Source: Apteryx mantelli
Lineage: Eukaryota
Length of the DNA stretch: 64,000 nucleotides
Assembly: GCF_036417845.1 (NCBI RefSeq)
Contig: NC_090015.1
Coordinates: 1 to 64,000 of the forward strand
Direction of reading: 5' to 3'
Position 1 is the first letter of the stretch. The number at the start of each line of letters is the position of its first letter. The position numbers and the translations under genes were made by a program. Below are positions 43,990-55,900 of this stretch, piece after piece. The notes beneath the pieces are model-generated. The model saw only the letters and a program-made list of their open reading frames with translations. It made no database searches and was not told where the DNA came from.

Positions 43990-46900
43990 AAAAATGACGT
44001 CAGGGGACCCAGGCGTCCGGGAGGGACCCAGGCGTCCGGGCAGGGACCCGGGTGTCCAGGGGACCCGGGTGTTTGGTGGCCTCGTGGCCACCATCTCCCC
44101 TGGTTTCACTCTACATCTGGGTCATCTTCAAGGGACCCAGGCGTCCGGGGAGACTCGTGTCACCTCTAGAGGGACCAGGCGTCCGGGAGGGGCCCAGGCG
44201 TCCGGGGAGTCTCGCGTCACCTCTAGGGGGACCCGGGCGTCCGGGAGGGGCCCAGGCGTCCGGGGAGTCTCGCGTCACCTCTAGGGGGACCCGGGCGTCC
44301 GGGAGGGGCCCAGGCGTCCGGGGAGCCTCGCGTCACCTCTAGGGGACCCGGGCGTCCGGGAGGGGCCCAGGCGTCCGGGGAGTCTCGCGTCACCTCTAGG
44401 GGGACCCGGGCGTCCGGGAGGGGCCCAGGCGTCCGGGGAGTCTCGCGTCACCTCCAGGGGGACCCGGGCGTCCGGGAGGGGCCCAGGCGTCCGGGGAGCC
44501 TCGCATCACCTCTAGGGGGACCCGGGCGTCCGGGAGGGGCCCAGGCGTCCGGGGAGTCTCGCGTCACCTCTAGAGGGACCCGGGCGTCCGGGAGGGGCCC
44601 AGGCGTCCGGGGAGTCTCGCGTCACCTCTAGAGGGACCCGGGCGTCCGGGAGGGGCCCAGGCGTCCGGGGAGTCTCGCGTCACCTCTAGGGGCACCCGGG
44701 CGTCCGGGAGGGGCCCAGGCGTCCGGGGAGTCTCGCGTCACCTCTAGGGGGACCCGGGCGTCCGGGAGGGGCCCAGGCGTCCGGGGAGTCTCGCGTCGCC
44801 TCTAGGGGGACCCGGGCGTCCGGGAGGGGCCCAGGCGTCCGGGGAGTCTCGCGTCACCTCTAGGGGGACCCGGGCGTCCGGGAGGGGCCCAGGCGTCCGG
44901 GGAGTCTCGCGTCACCTCTAGGGGGACCCGGGCGTCCGGGAGGGGCCCAGGCGTCCGGGGAGTCTCGCGTCACCTCTAGGGGGACCCGGGCGTGCTGGAG
45001 GGGCCCAGGCGTCCGGGGAGTCTCGCGTCGCCTCTAGGGGGACCCGGGCGTCCGGGAGGGGCCCAGGCGTCCGGGGAGTCTCGCGTCGCCTCTAGGGGGA
45101 CCCGGGCGTCCGGGAGGGGCCCAGGCGTCCGGGGAGCCTCGCGTCACCTCTAGGGGGACCCGGGCGTCCGGGAGGGGCCCAGGCGTCCGGGGAGCCTCGT
45201 GTCACCTCTAGGGGGGCCCGGGCGTCCGGGAGGGGCCCAGGCGTCCGGGGAGTCTCGCGTCACCTCTAGGGGGACCCGGGCGTCCGGGAGGGGCCCAGGC
45301 GTCCGGGGAGTCTCCTGTCACCTCTAGGGGCACCCGGGCGTCCGGGAGGGGCCCAGGCGTCCGGGGAGTCTCGCGTCACCTCTAGGGGACCCGGGCGTGC
45401 GGGAGGGGCCCAGGCGTCCGGGGAGTCTCGCGTCACCTCTAGGGGGACCCGGGCGTCCGGGAGGGGCCCAGGCGTCCGGGGAGCCTCGCGTCACCTCTAG
45501 GGGGACCCGGGCGTCCGGGAGGGGCCCAGGCGTCCGGGGAGTCTCGCGTCACCTCTAGAGGGACCCGGGCGTCCGGGAGGGGCCCAGGCGTCCGGGGAGC
45601 CTCGCGTCACCTCTAGAGGGACCCGGGCGTCCGGGAGGGGCCCAGGCGTCCGGGGAGTCTCGCGTCACCTCTAGGGGGACCCGGGCGTCCGGGAGGGGCC
45701 CAGGCGTCCGGGGAGTCTCGCGTCACCTCTAGGGGGACCCGGGCGTCCGGGAGGGGCCCAGGCGTCCGGGGAGTCTCGCGTCGCCTCTAGGGGGACCCGG
45801 GCGTCCGGGAGGGGCCCAGGCGTCCGGGGAGTCTCGCGTCACCTCTAGGGGGACCCGGGCGTCCGGGAGGGGCCCAGGCGTCCGGGGAGTCTCGCGTCAC
45901 CTCTAGGAGACCCGGGCGTCCGGGAGGGGCCCAGGCGTCCGGGGAGTCTCGCGTCACCTCTAGGGGGACCCGGGCGTCCGGGAGGGGCCCAGGCGTCCGA
46001 GGAGTCTGGCGTCACCTCTAGGGGGACCCGGGCGTCCGGGAGGGGCCCAGGCGTCCGGGGAGTCTCGCGTCACCTCTAGGGGGACCCGGGCGTCCGGGAG
46101 GGGCCCAGGCGTCCGGGGAGTCTCGCGTCACCTCTAGGGGGACCCGGGCGTCCGGGAGGGGCCCAGGCGTCCGGGGAGTCTCGCGTCACCTCTAGGGGGA
46201 CCCGGGCGTCCGGGAGGGGCCCAGGCGTCCGGGGAGTCTCGCGTCACCTCTAGAGGGACCCAGGTGTCCGGGAGGGGCCCAGGCGTCCGGGGAGTCTCGC
46301 GTCGCCTCTAGGGGGACCCGGGCGTCCGGGAGGGGCCCAGGCGTCCGGGGAGTCTCGCGTCACCTCTAGGGGGACCCGGGCGTCCGGGAGGGGCCCAGGC
46401 GTCCGAGGAGTCTGGCGTCACCTCTAGGGGGACCCGGGCGTCCGGGAGGGGCCCAGGCGTCCGGGGAGTCTCGCGTCACCTCTAGGGGGACCCGGGCGTC
46501 CGGGAGGGGCCCAGGCGTCCGGGGAGTCTCGCGTCACCTCTAGGAGACCCGGGCGTCCGGGAGGGGCCCAGGCGTCCGGGGAGTCTCGCGTCACCTCTAG
46601 AGGGACCCAGGCGTGCGGGAGGGGCCCAGGCGTCCGGGGAGTCTCGCGTCACCTCTAGAGGGACCCAGGCGTGCGGGAGGGGCCCAGGCGTCCGGGGAGT
46701 CTCGCGTCACCTCTAGGGGGACCCGGGCGTCCGGGAGGGGCCCAGGCGTCCGGGGAGTCTCGCGTCACCTCTAGGGGGACCCAGGTGTCCGAGAGGGGCC
46801 CAGGCGTCCGGGGAGTCTCGCGTCACCTTTACGGGGACCCAGGAGTCCGGGAGGGGCCCAGGCGTCCGGGGAGTCTCGCGTCGCCTCTAGGGGGACCCGG

Positions 46901-49900
46901 GTGTCCGGGAGGGGCCCAGGCGTCCGGGGAGGGGCCCAGGCGTCCGGGGAGTCTCGCGTCACCTCTAGGGGGACCCGGGCGTCCGGGAGGGGCCCAGGCG
47001 TCCGGGGAGTCTCGCGTCACCTCTAGGGGACCCGGGCGTCCGGGAGGGGCCCAGGCGTCTGGGGAGCCTCGTGTCACCTCTAGAGGGGCCCAGGCGTCCG
47101 GGGAGTCTGGCGTCACCTCTAGGGGGACCCGGGCGTCCGGGAGGGGCCCAGGCGTCTGGGGAGCCTCGTGTCACCTCTAGAGGGGCCCAGGCGTCCGGGG
47201 AGTCTGGCGTCACCTCTAGGGGGACCCGGGCGTCCGGGAGGGGCCCAGGCGTCTGGGGAGCCTCGTGTCACCTCTAGAGGGGCCCAGGCGTCCGGGGAGT
47301 CTGGCGTCACCTCTAGGGGGACCCGGGCGTCCGGGAGGGGCCCAGGCGTCCGGGGGGTCTCGCGTCACCTCTAGAGGGGCCCAGGCGTCCGGGGAGTCTG
47401 GCGTCACCTCTAGGGGGACCCGGGCGTCCGGGAGGGGCCCAGGCGTCTGGGGAGCCTCGTGTCACCTCTAGAGGGGCCCAGGCGTCCGGGGAGTCTCGCG
47501 TCACCTCTAGAGGGACCCGGGCGTCCGGGAGGGGCCCAGGCGTCCGGGGAGCCTCGCGTCACCTCTAGGGGGACCCGGGCGTGCGGGAGGGGCCCAGGCG
47601 TCCGGGGAGTCTCGTGTCACCTCTAGGGGGACCCAAGTGTCCGGGAGGGGCCCAGGCGTCCGGGGAGTCTCGCGTCACCTCTAGGGGGACCCGGGCGTGC
47701 GGGAGGGGCCCAGGCGTCCGGGGAGTCTCGCGTCACCTCTAGGGGGACCCGGGCGTGCGGGAGGGGCCCAGGCGTCCGGGGAGTCTCGTGTCACCTCTAG
47801 GGGGACCCGGGCGTCCGGGAGGGGCCCAGGCGTCCGGGGAGTCTCGCGTCACCTCTAGAGGGACCCGGGCGTCCGGGAGGGGCCCAGGCGTCCGGGGAGT
47901 CTCGTGTCACCTCTAGGGGGACCCGGGCGTCCGGGAGGGGCCCAGGCGTCCGGGGAGTCTCGCGTCACCTCTAGGGGGACCCGGGCGTCCGGGAGGGGCC
48001 CAGGCGTCCGGGGAGCCTCGCGTCACCTCTAGGGGGACCCGGGCGTCCGGGAGGGGCCCAGGCGTCCGGGGAGTCTCGCGTCACCTCTAGGGGGACCCGG
48101 GCGTCCGGGAGGGGCCCAGGCGTCCGGGGAGTCTCGCGTCACCTCTGGGGGGACCCGGGCGTCCGGGAGGGGCCCAGGCGTCCGGGGAGTCTCGCGTCAC
48201 CTCTAGAGGGGCCCAGGCGTCCGGGGAGTCTCGCGTCACCTCTGGGGGGACCCGGGCGTCCGGGAGGGGCCCAGGCGTCCGGGGAGTCTCGCGTCACCTC
48301 TAGGGGGACCCGGGCGTCCGGGAGGGGCCCAGGCGTCCGGGGAGCCTCGCGTCACCTCTAGGGGGACCCGGGCGTCCGGGAGGGGCCCAGGCGTCCGGGG
48401 AGTCTCGCGTCACCTCTAGGGGGACCCAGGCGTCCGGGAGGGGCCCAGGCGTCCGGGGAGTCTCGCGTCACCTCTAGGGGGACCCGGGCGTCCGGGAGGG
48501 GCCCAGGCGTCCGGGGAGTCTCGCGTCACCTCTAGGGGGACCCGGGCGTCCGGGAGGGGCCCAGGCGTCAGGGGAGTCTGGCGTCACCTCTAGGGGGACC
48601 CGGGCGTCCGCGAGGGGCCCAGGCGTCCGGGGAGCCTCGCGTCACCTCTAGGGGGACCCGGGCGTCCGGGAGGGGCCCAGGCGTCCGGGGAGTCTCGCGT
48701 CACCTCTAGGGGGACCCGGGCGTCCGGGAGGGGCCCAGGCGTCCGGGGAGTCTCGCGTCGCCTCTACGGGGACCCGGGCGTCCGGGAGGGGCCCAGGCGT
48801 CCGGGGAGTCTCGCGTCACCTCTAGAGGGACCCGGGCGTCCGGGAGGGGCCCAGGCGTCCGGGGAGTCTCGCGTCACCTCTAGGGGGACCCGGGCGTCCG
48901 GGAGGGGCCCAGGCGTCCGGGGAGCCTCGCGTCACCTCTAGGGGGACCCGGGCGTCCGGGAGGGGCCCAGGCGTCCGGGGAGTCTCGCGTCACCTCTAGG
49001 GGGACCCGGGCGTCCGGGAGGGGCCCAGGCGTCCGGGGAGTCTCGCGTCACCTCTAGGGGGACCCGGGCGTCCGGGAGGGGCCCAGGCGTCCGGGGAGCC
49101 TCGCGTCGCCTCTAGGGGGACCCGGGCGTCCGGGAGGGGCCCAGGCGTCCGGGGAGTCTCGCGTCACCTCTAGAGGGACCCGGGCGTCCGCGAGGGGCCC
49201 AGGCGTCCGGGGAGTCTCGCGTCGCCTCTAGGGGACCCGGGCGTCCGGGAGGGGCCCAGGCGTCCGGGGAGCCTCGCGTCACCTCTAGGGGGACCCGGGC
49301 GTCCGGGAGGGGCCCAGGCGTCCGGGGAGTCTCGCGTCACCTCTAGGGGGACCCGGGCGTCCGGGAGGGGCCCAGGCGTCCGGGGAGTCTCGCGTCACCT
49401 CTAGGGGGGCCCAGGCGTCCGGGGAGTCTCGCGTCACCTCTAGGGGGACCCGGGCGTCCGGGAGGGGCCCAGGCGTCCGGGGAGTCTCGCGTCACCTCTA
49501 GGGGGGCCCAGGCGTCCGGGGAGTCTCGCGTCACCTCTAGGGGGACCCGGGCGTCCGGGAGGGGCCCAGGCGTCCGGGGAGTCTCGCGTCACCTCTAGGG
49601 GGACCCAGGTTTCCGGGAGGGGCCCAGGCGTCCGGGGAGTCTCGCGTCACCTCTAGGGGGACCCGGGCGTCCGGGAGGGGCCCAGGCGTCCGGGGCATCT
49701 CGCGTCACCTCTAGGGGGACCCGGGCGTGCGGGAGGGGCCCAGGCGTCCGGGGAGTCTCGCGTCACCTCTAGGGGGACCCGGGCGTCCGGGAGGGGCCCA
49801 GGCGTCCGGGGAGTCTCGCGTCACCTCTAGGGGACCCGGGCGTCCGGGAGGGGCCCAGGCGTCCGGGGAGCCTCGCGTCACCTCTAGGGGGGCCCGGGCG

Positions 49901-52900
49901 TCCGGGAGGGGCCCAGGCGTCCGGGGAGTCTCGCGTCACCTCTAGGGGGACCCGGGCGTCCGGGAGGGGCCCAGGCGTCCGGGGAGTCTCGCGTCACCTC
50001 TAGGGGGACCCGGGCGTCCGGGAGGGGCCCAGGCGTCCGGGGAGTCTCGCGTCACCTCTGGGGGGACCCGGGCGTGCGGGAGGGGCCCAGGCGTCCGGGG
50101 AGTCTCGCGTCACCTCTAGGGGGACCCGGGCGTCCGGGAGGGGCCCAGGCGTCCGGGGAGTCTCGCGTCACCTCTAGGGGGACCCGGGCGTCCGAGGGGG
50201 GCCCAGGCGTCCGGGGAGTCTCGCGTCACCTCTAGGGGGACCCGGGCGTCCGGGAGGGGCCCAGGCGTCCGGGGAGCCTCGCGTCACCTCTAGGGGGACC
50301 CGGGCGTCCGGGAGGGGCCCAGGCGTCCGGGGAGTCTCGCGTCACCTCTAGGGGGACCCGGGCGTCCGGGAGGGGCCCAGGCGTCCGGGGAGCCTCGCGT
50401 CACCTCTAGGGGGACCCGGGCGTCCGGGAGGGGCCCAGGCGTCCGGGGAGTCTCGCGTCACCTCTAGGGGGACCCGGGCGTCCGGGAGGGGCCCAGGCGT
50501 CCGGGGAGCCTCGCGTCACCTCTAGAGGGGCCAGGCGTCCGCGGAGTCTCGCGTCACCTCTAGGGGACCCAGGTGTCCGGGGAGTCTCGTGTCATCTCTA
50601 GGGGACCCAGGTGTCCGGGGAGTCTCGTGTCACCTCTAGGGGGACCCGGGCGTCCGGGAGGGGCCCAGGCGTCCGCGGAGTCTCGCGTCACCTCTAGGGG
50701 ACCCAGGTGTCCGGGGAGTCTCGTGTCATCTCTAGGGGACCCAGGTGTCCGGGGAGTCTCGCGTCACCTCTAGGGGGACCCGGGCGTCCGGGAGGGGCCC
50801 AGGCGTCCGGGGAGTCTCGCGTCATCTCTAGGGGACCCAGGTGTCCGGGGAGTCTCGTGTCACCTCTAGGGGGACCCGGGCGTCCGGGAGGGGCCCAGGC
50901 GTCCGGGGAGTCTCGCGTCACCTCTAGAGGGACCAGGTGTCCGTGAGGGGCCCAGGTGTCCGGGAGGGGCCCAGGCGTCCGGGGAGCCTCGCGTCACCTC
51001 TAGGGGGACCCGGGCGTCCGGGAGGGGCCCAGGCGTCCGGGGAGTCTCGCGTCACCTCTAGAGGGACCCGGGCGTCCGGGAGGGGCCCAGGCGTCCGGGG
51101 AGTCTCGCGTCACCTCTAGGGGGACCCGGGCGTCCGGGAGGGGCCCAGGCGTCCGGGGAGTCTCGCGTCACCTCTAGGGGGACCCGGGCGTCCGGGAGGG
51201 GCCCAGGCGTCCGGGGAGTCTGGCGTCACCTCTACGGGGACCCGGGCGTCCGGGAGGGGCCCAGGCGTCCGGGGAGTCTCGCGTCACCTCTAGAGGGACC
51301 CGGGCGTCCGGGAGGGGCCCAGGCGTCCGGGGAGTCTCGCGTCACCTCTAGGGGGACCCGGGCGTCCGCGAGGGGCCCAGGCGTCCGGGGAGCCTCGCGT
51401 CACCTCTAGGGGGACCCGGGCGTCCGGGAGGGGCCCAGGCGTCCGGGGAGTCTCGCGTCACCTCTAGGGGGACCCGGGCGTCCGGGAGGGGCCCAGGCGT
51501 CCGGGGAGTCTCGCGTCACCTCTAGGGGGACCCGGGCGTCCGGGAGGGGCCCAGGCGTCCGGGGAGTCTCGCGTCACCTCTAGGGGGACCCGGGCGTCCG
51601 GGAGGGGCCCAGGCGTCCGGGGAGTCTCGCGTCACCTCTAGGGGGACCCGGGCGTCCGGGAGGGGCCCAGGCGTCCGGGGAGCCTCGCGTCACCTCTAGG
51701 GGGGCCCGGGTGTCCGGGAGGGGCCCAGGCGTCCGGGGAGCCTCGCGTCACCTCTGAGGGGACCCGGGCGTGCGGGAGGGGCCCAGGCGTCCGGGGAGCC
51801 TCGCGTCACCTCTAGGGGGACCCGGGCGTCTGGGAGGGGCCCAGGCGTCCGGGGAGTCTCGCGTCACCTCTAGGGGGACCCGGGCGTCCGGGAGGGGCCC
51901 AGGCGTCCGGGGAGTCTCGCGTCACCTCTAGGGGGACCCGGGCGTCCGGGAGGGGCCCAGGCGTCCGGGGAGTCTCGCGTCACCTCTAGGGGGACCCGGG
52001 CGTCCGGGAGGGGCCCAGGCGTCCGGGGAGTCTTGCGTCACCTCTAGGGGGACCCGGGCGTCCGGGAGGGGCCCAGGCGTCCGGGGAGCCTCGCGTCGCC
52101 TCTAGGGGGACCCGGGCGTCCGGGAGGGGCCCAGGCGTCCGGGGAGCCTCGCGTCACCTCTAGGGGCACCCGGGCGTCCGGGAGGGGCCCAGGCGTCCGG
52201 GGAGTCTCGCGTCACCTCTAGAGGGACCCGGGCGTCCGCGAGGGGCCCAGGCGTCCGGGGAGTCTCGCGTCGCCTCTAGGGGACCCGGGCGTCCGGGAGG
52301 GGCCCAGGCGTCCGGGGAGTCTCGCGTCACCTCTAGGGGGACCCGGGCGTCCGGGAGGGGCCCAGGCGTCCGGGGAGTCTCGCGTCACCTCTAGGGGGGC
52401 CCAGGCGTCCGGGGAGTCTCGCGTCACCTCTAGGGGGACCCGGGCGTCCGGGAGGGGCCCAGGCGTCCGGGGAGTCTCCTGTCACCTCTAGGGGGACCCG
52501 GGCGTCCGGGAGGGGCCCAGGCGTCCGGGGAGTCTCGCGTCACCTCTAGGGGGACCCGGGCGTCCGGGAGGGGCCCAGGCGTCCGGGGAGTCTCGCGTCA
52601 CCTCTAGGGGGACCCGGGCGTCTGGGAGGGGCCCAGGCGTCCGGGGAGTCTCGCGTCACCTCTAGGGGGCCCAGGCGTCCGGGAGGGGCCCAGGCGTCCG
52701 GGGAGTCTCGCGTCACCTCTAGGGGGACCCGGGCGTCCGGGAGGGGCCCAGGCGTCCGGGGAGTCTCGCGTCACCTCTAGGGGGACCCGGGCGTCCGGGA
52801 GGGGCCCAGGCGTCCGGGGAGTCTCGCGTCACCTCTAGAGGGACCCGGGCGTCCGGGAGGGGCCCAGGCGTCCGGGCAGTCTCGCGTCACCTCTAGGGGG

Positions 52901-55900
52901 ACCCGGGCGTCCGGGAGGGGCCCAGGCGTCCGGGGAGTCTCGCGTCGCCTCTAGGGGGACCCGGGCGTCCGGGAGGGGCCCAGGCGTCCGGGGAGTCTCG
53001 CGTCACCTCTAAGGGGACCCGGGCGTCCGCGAGGGGCCCAGGTGTCCGGGGAGTCTCGCGTCACCTCTGGGGGGACCCGGGCGTCCGGGAGGGGCCCAGG
53101 CGTCCGGGGAGTCTCGCGTCACCTCTAGGGGGACCCGGGCGTCCGGGAGGGGCCCAGGCGTCCGGGGAGTCTCGCGTCACCTCTAGGGGGACCCGGGCGT
53201 CCGGGAGGGGCCCAGGCGTCCGGGGAGTCTCGCGTCACCTCTAGGGGGGCCCAGGCGTCCGGGGAGTCTCGCGTCACCTCTAGGGGGACCCGGGCGTCCG
53301 GGAGGGGCCCAGGCGTCCGGGGAGTCTCCTGTCACCTCTAGGGGGACCCAGGTTTCCGGGAGGGGCCCAGGCGTCCGGGGAGTCTCGCGTCACCTCTAGG
53401 GGGACCCGGGCGTCCGGGAGGGGCCCAGGCGTCCGGGGCATCTCGCGTCACCTCTAGGGGGACCCGGGCGTGCGGGAGGGGCCCAGGCGTCCGGGGAGTC
53501 TCGCGTCACCTCTAGGGGACCCGGGCGTCCGGGAGGGGCCCAGGCGTCCGGGGAGTCTCGCGTCACCTCTAGGGGGACCCGGGCGTGCGGGAGGGGCCCA
53601 GGCGTCCGGGGAGTCTCGCGTCACCTCTAGGGGGCCCAGGCGTCCGGGAGGGGCCCAGGCGTCCGGGGAGTCTCGCGTCACCTCTAGGGGGACCCGGGCG
53701 TCCGGGAGGGGCCCAGGCGTCCGGGGAGTCTCGCGTCACCTCTAGGGGGACCCGGGCGTCCGGGAGGGGCCCAGGCGTCCGGGGAGTCTCGCGTCACCTC
53801 TAGGGGACCCGGGCGTCCGGGAGGGGCCCAGGCGTCCGGGGAGTCTCGCGTCACCTCTAGGGGGACCCGGGCGTCCGGGAGGGGCCCAGGCGTCCGGGGA
53901 GTCTCGCGTCACCTCTAGGGGGGCCCGGGCGTCCGGGAGGGGCCCAGGCGTCCGGGGAGTCTCGCGTCACCTCTAGGGGACCCGGGCGTCTGGGAGGGGC
54001 CCAGGTGTCCGGGGAGGGGCCCAGGCGTCCGGGGAGTCTCGCGTCACCTCTAGGGGACCCGGGCGTCCGGGAGGGGCCCAGGCGTCCGGGGAGCCTCGCG
54101 TCACCTCTAGGGGGACCCGGGCGTCCGGGAGGGGCCCAGGCGTCCGGGGAGTCTCGCGTCACCTCTAGGGGGACCCGGGCGTCCGGGAGGGGCCCAGGCG
54201 TCCGGGGAGTCTCGCGTCACCTCTAGGGGGACCCGGGCGTCCGGGAGGGGCCCAGGCGTCCGGGGAGTCTCGCGTCACCTCTAGGGGGACCCGGGCGTCC
54301 GGGAGGGGCCCAGGCGTCCGGGGAGTCTCGCGTCACCTCTAGGGGGACCCGGGCGTCCGGGAGGGGCCCAGGCGTCCGGGGAGTCTCGCGTCACCTCCGG
54401 GGGGACCCGGGCGTGCGGGAGGGGCCCAGGCGTCCGGGGAGTCTCGCGTCACCTCTAGGGAGACCCGGGCGTCCGGGAGGGGCCCAGGCGTCCGGGGAGT
54501 CTCGCGTCACCTCTAGGGGGACCCGGGCGTCCGGGAGGGGCCCCAGGCGTCCGGGGAGTCTCGCGTCACCTCTGGGGGGACCCGGGCGTCCGGGAGGGGC
54601 CCAGGCGTCCGGGGAGTCTCGCGTCACCTCTAGGGGGACCCGGGCGTCCGGGAGGGGCCCAGGCGTCCGGGGAGTCTCGCGTCACCTCTAGGGGGACCCG
54701 GGCGTCCGGGAGGGGCCCAGGCGTCCGGGGAGTCTCGCGTCACCTCTAGGGGGACCCGGGCGTCCGGGAGGGGCCCAGGCGTCCGGGGAGCCTCGCGTCA
54801 CCTCTAGGGGACCCGGGCGTCCGGGAGGGGCCCAGGCGTCCGGGGAGTCTGGCGTCACCTCTAGGGGGACCCGGGCGTCCGGGAGGGGCCCAGGCGTCCG
54901 GGGAGTCTCGCGTCACCTCTAGGGGGACCCGGGCGTGCGGGAGGGGCCCAGGCGTCCGGGGAGTCTCGCGTCACCTCTAGGGGGACCCGGGCGTCCGGGA
55001 GGGGCCCAGGCGTCCGGGGAGTCTCGCGTCACCTCTAGGGGGACCCGGGCGTCCGCGAGGGGCCCAGGCGTCCGGGGAGTCTCGCGTCACCTCTAGGGGA
55101 CCCGGGCGTCCGGGAGGGGCCCAGGCGTCCGGGGAGTCTGGCGTCACCTCTAGGGGGACCCGGGCGTCCGGGAGGGGCCCAGGCGTCCGGGGAGTCTCGC
55201 GTCACCTCTAGGGGGACCCGGGCGTCCGGGAGGGGCCCAGGCGTCCGGGGAGTCTCGCGTCACCTCTAGGGGGACCTAGGAGTCCGGGAGGGGCCCAGGC
55301 GTCCGGGGAGTCTCCTGTCACCTCTAGGGGGACCCGGGCGTCCGGGAGGGGCCCAGGCGTCCGGGCAGTCTCGCGTCACCTCTAGGGGGACCCGGGCGTC
55401 CGGGAGGGGCCCAGGCGTCCGGGGAGCCTCGCGTCACCTCTAGGGGGACCCGGGCGTGCGGGAGGGGCCCAGGCGTCCGGGGAGCCTCGCGTCACCTCTA
55501 GAGGGACCCGGGCGTCCGGGAGGGGCCCAGGCGTCCGGGGAGCCTCGCGTCACCTCTAGGGGACCCGGGCGTGCGGGAGGGGCCCAGGCGTCCGGGGAGT
55601 CTCGCGTCACCTCTAGGGGGACCCGGGCGTCCGGGAGGGGCCCAGGCGTCCGGGAGGGGCCCAGGCGTCCGGGGAGCCTCGCGGTCACCTCTAGGGGGAC
55701 CCGGGCGTCCGGGAGGGGCCCAGGCGTCCGGGGAGCCTCGCGTCACCTCTAGGGGGACCCGGGCGTCCGGGAGGGGCCCAGGCGTCCGGGGAGTCTCGCG
55801 TCACCTCTAGGGGGACCCGGGCGTCCGGGAGGGGCCCAGGCGTCCGGGGAGTCTCGCGTCACCTCTAGGGGGACCCGGGCGTCCGGGAGGGGCCCAGGCG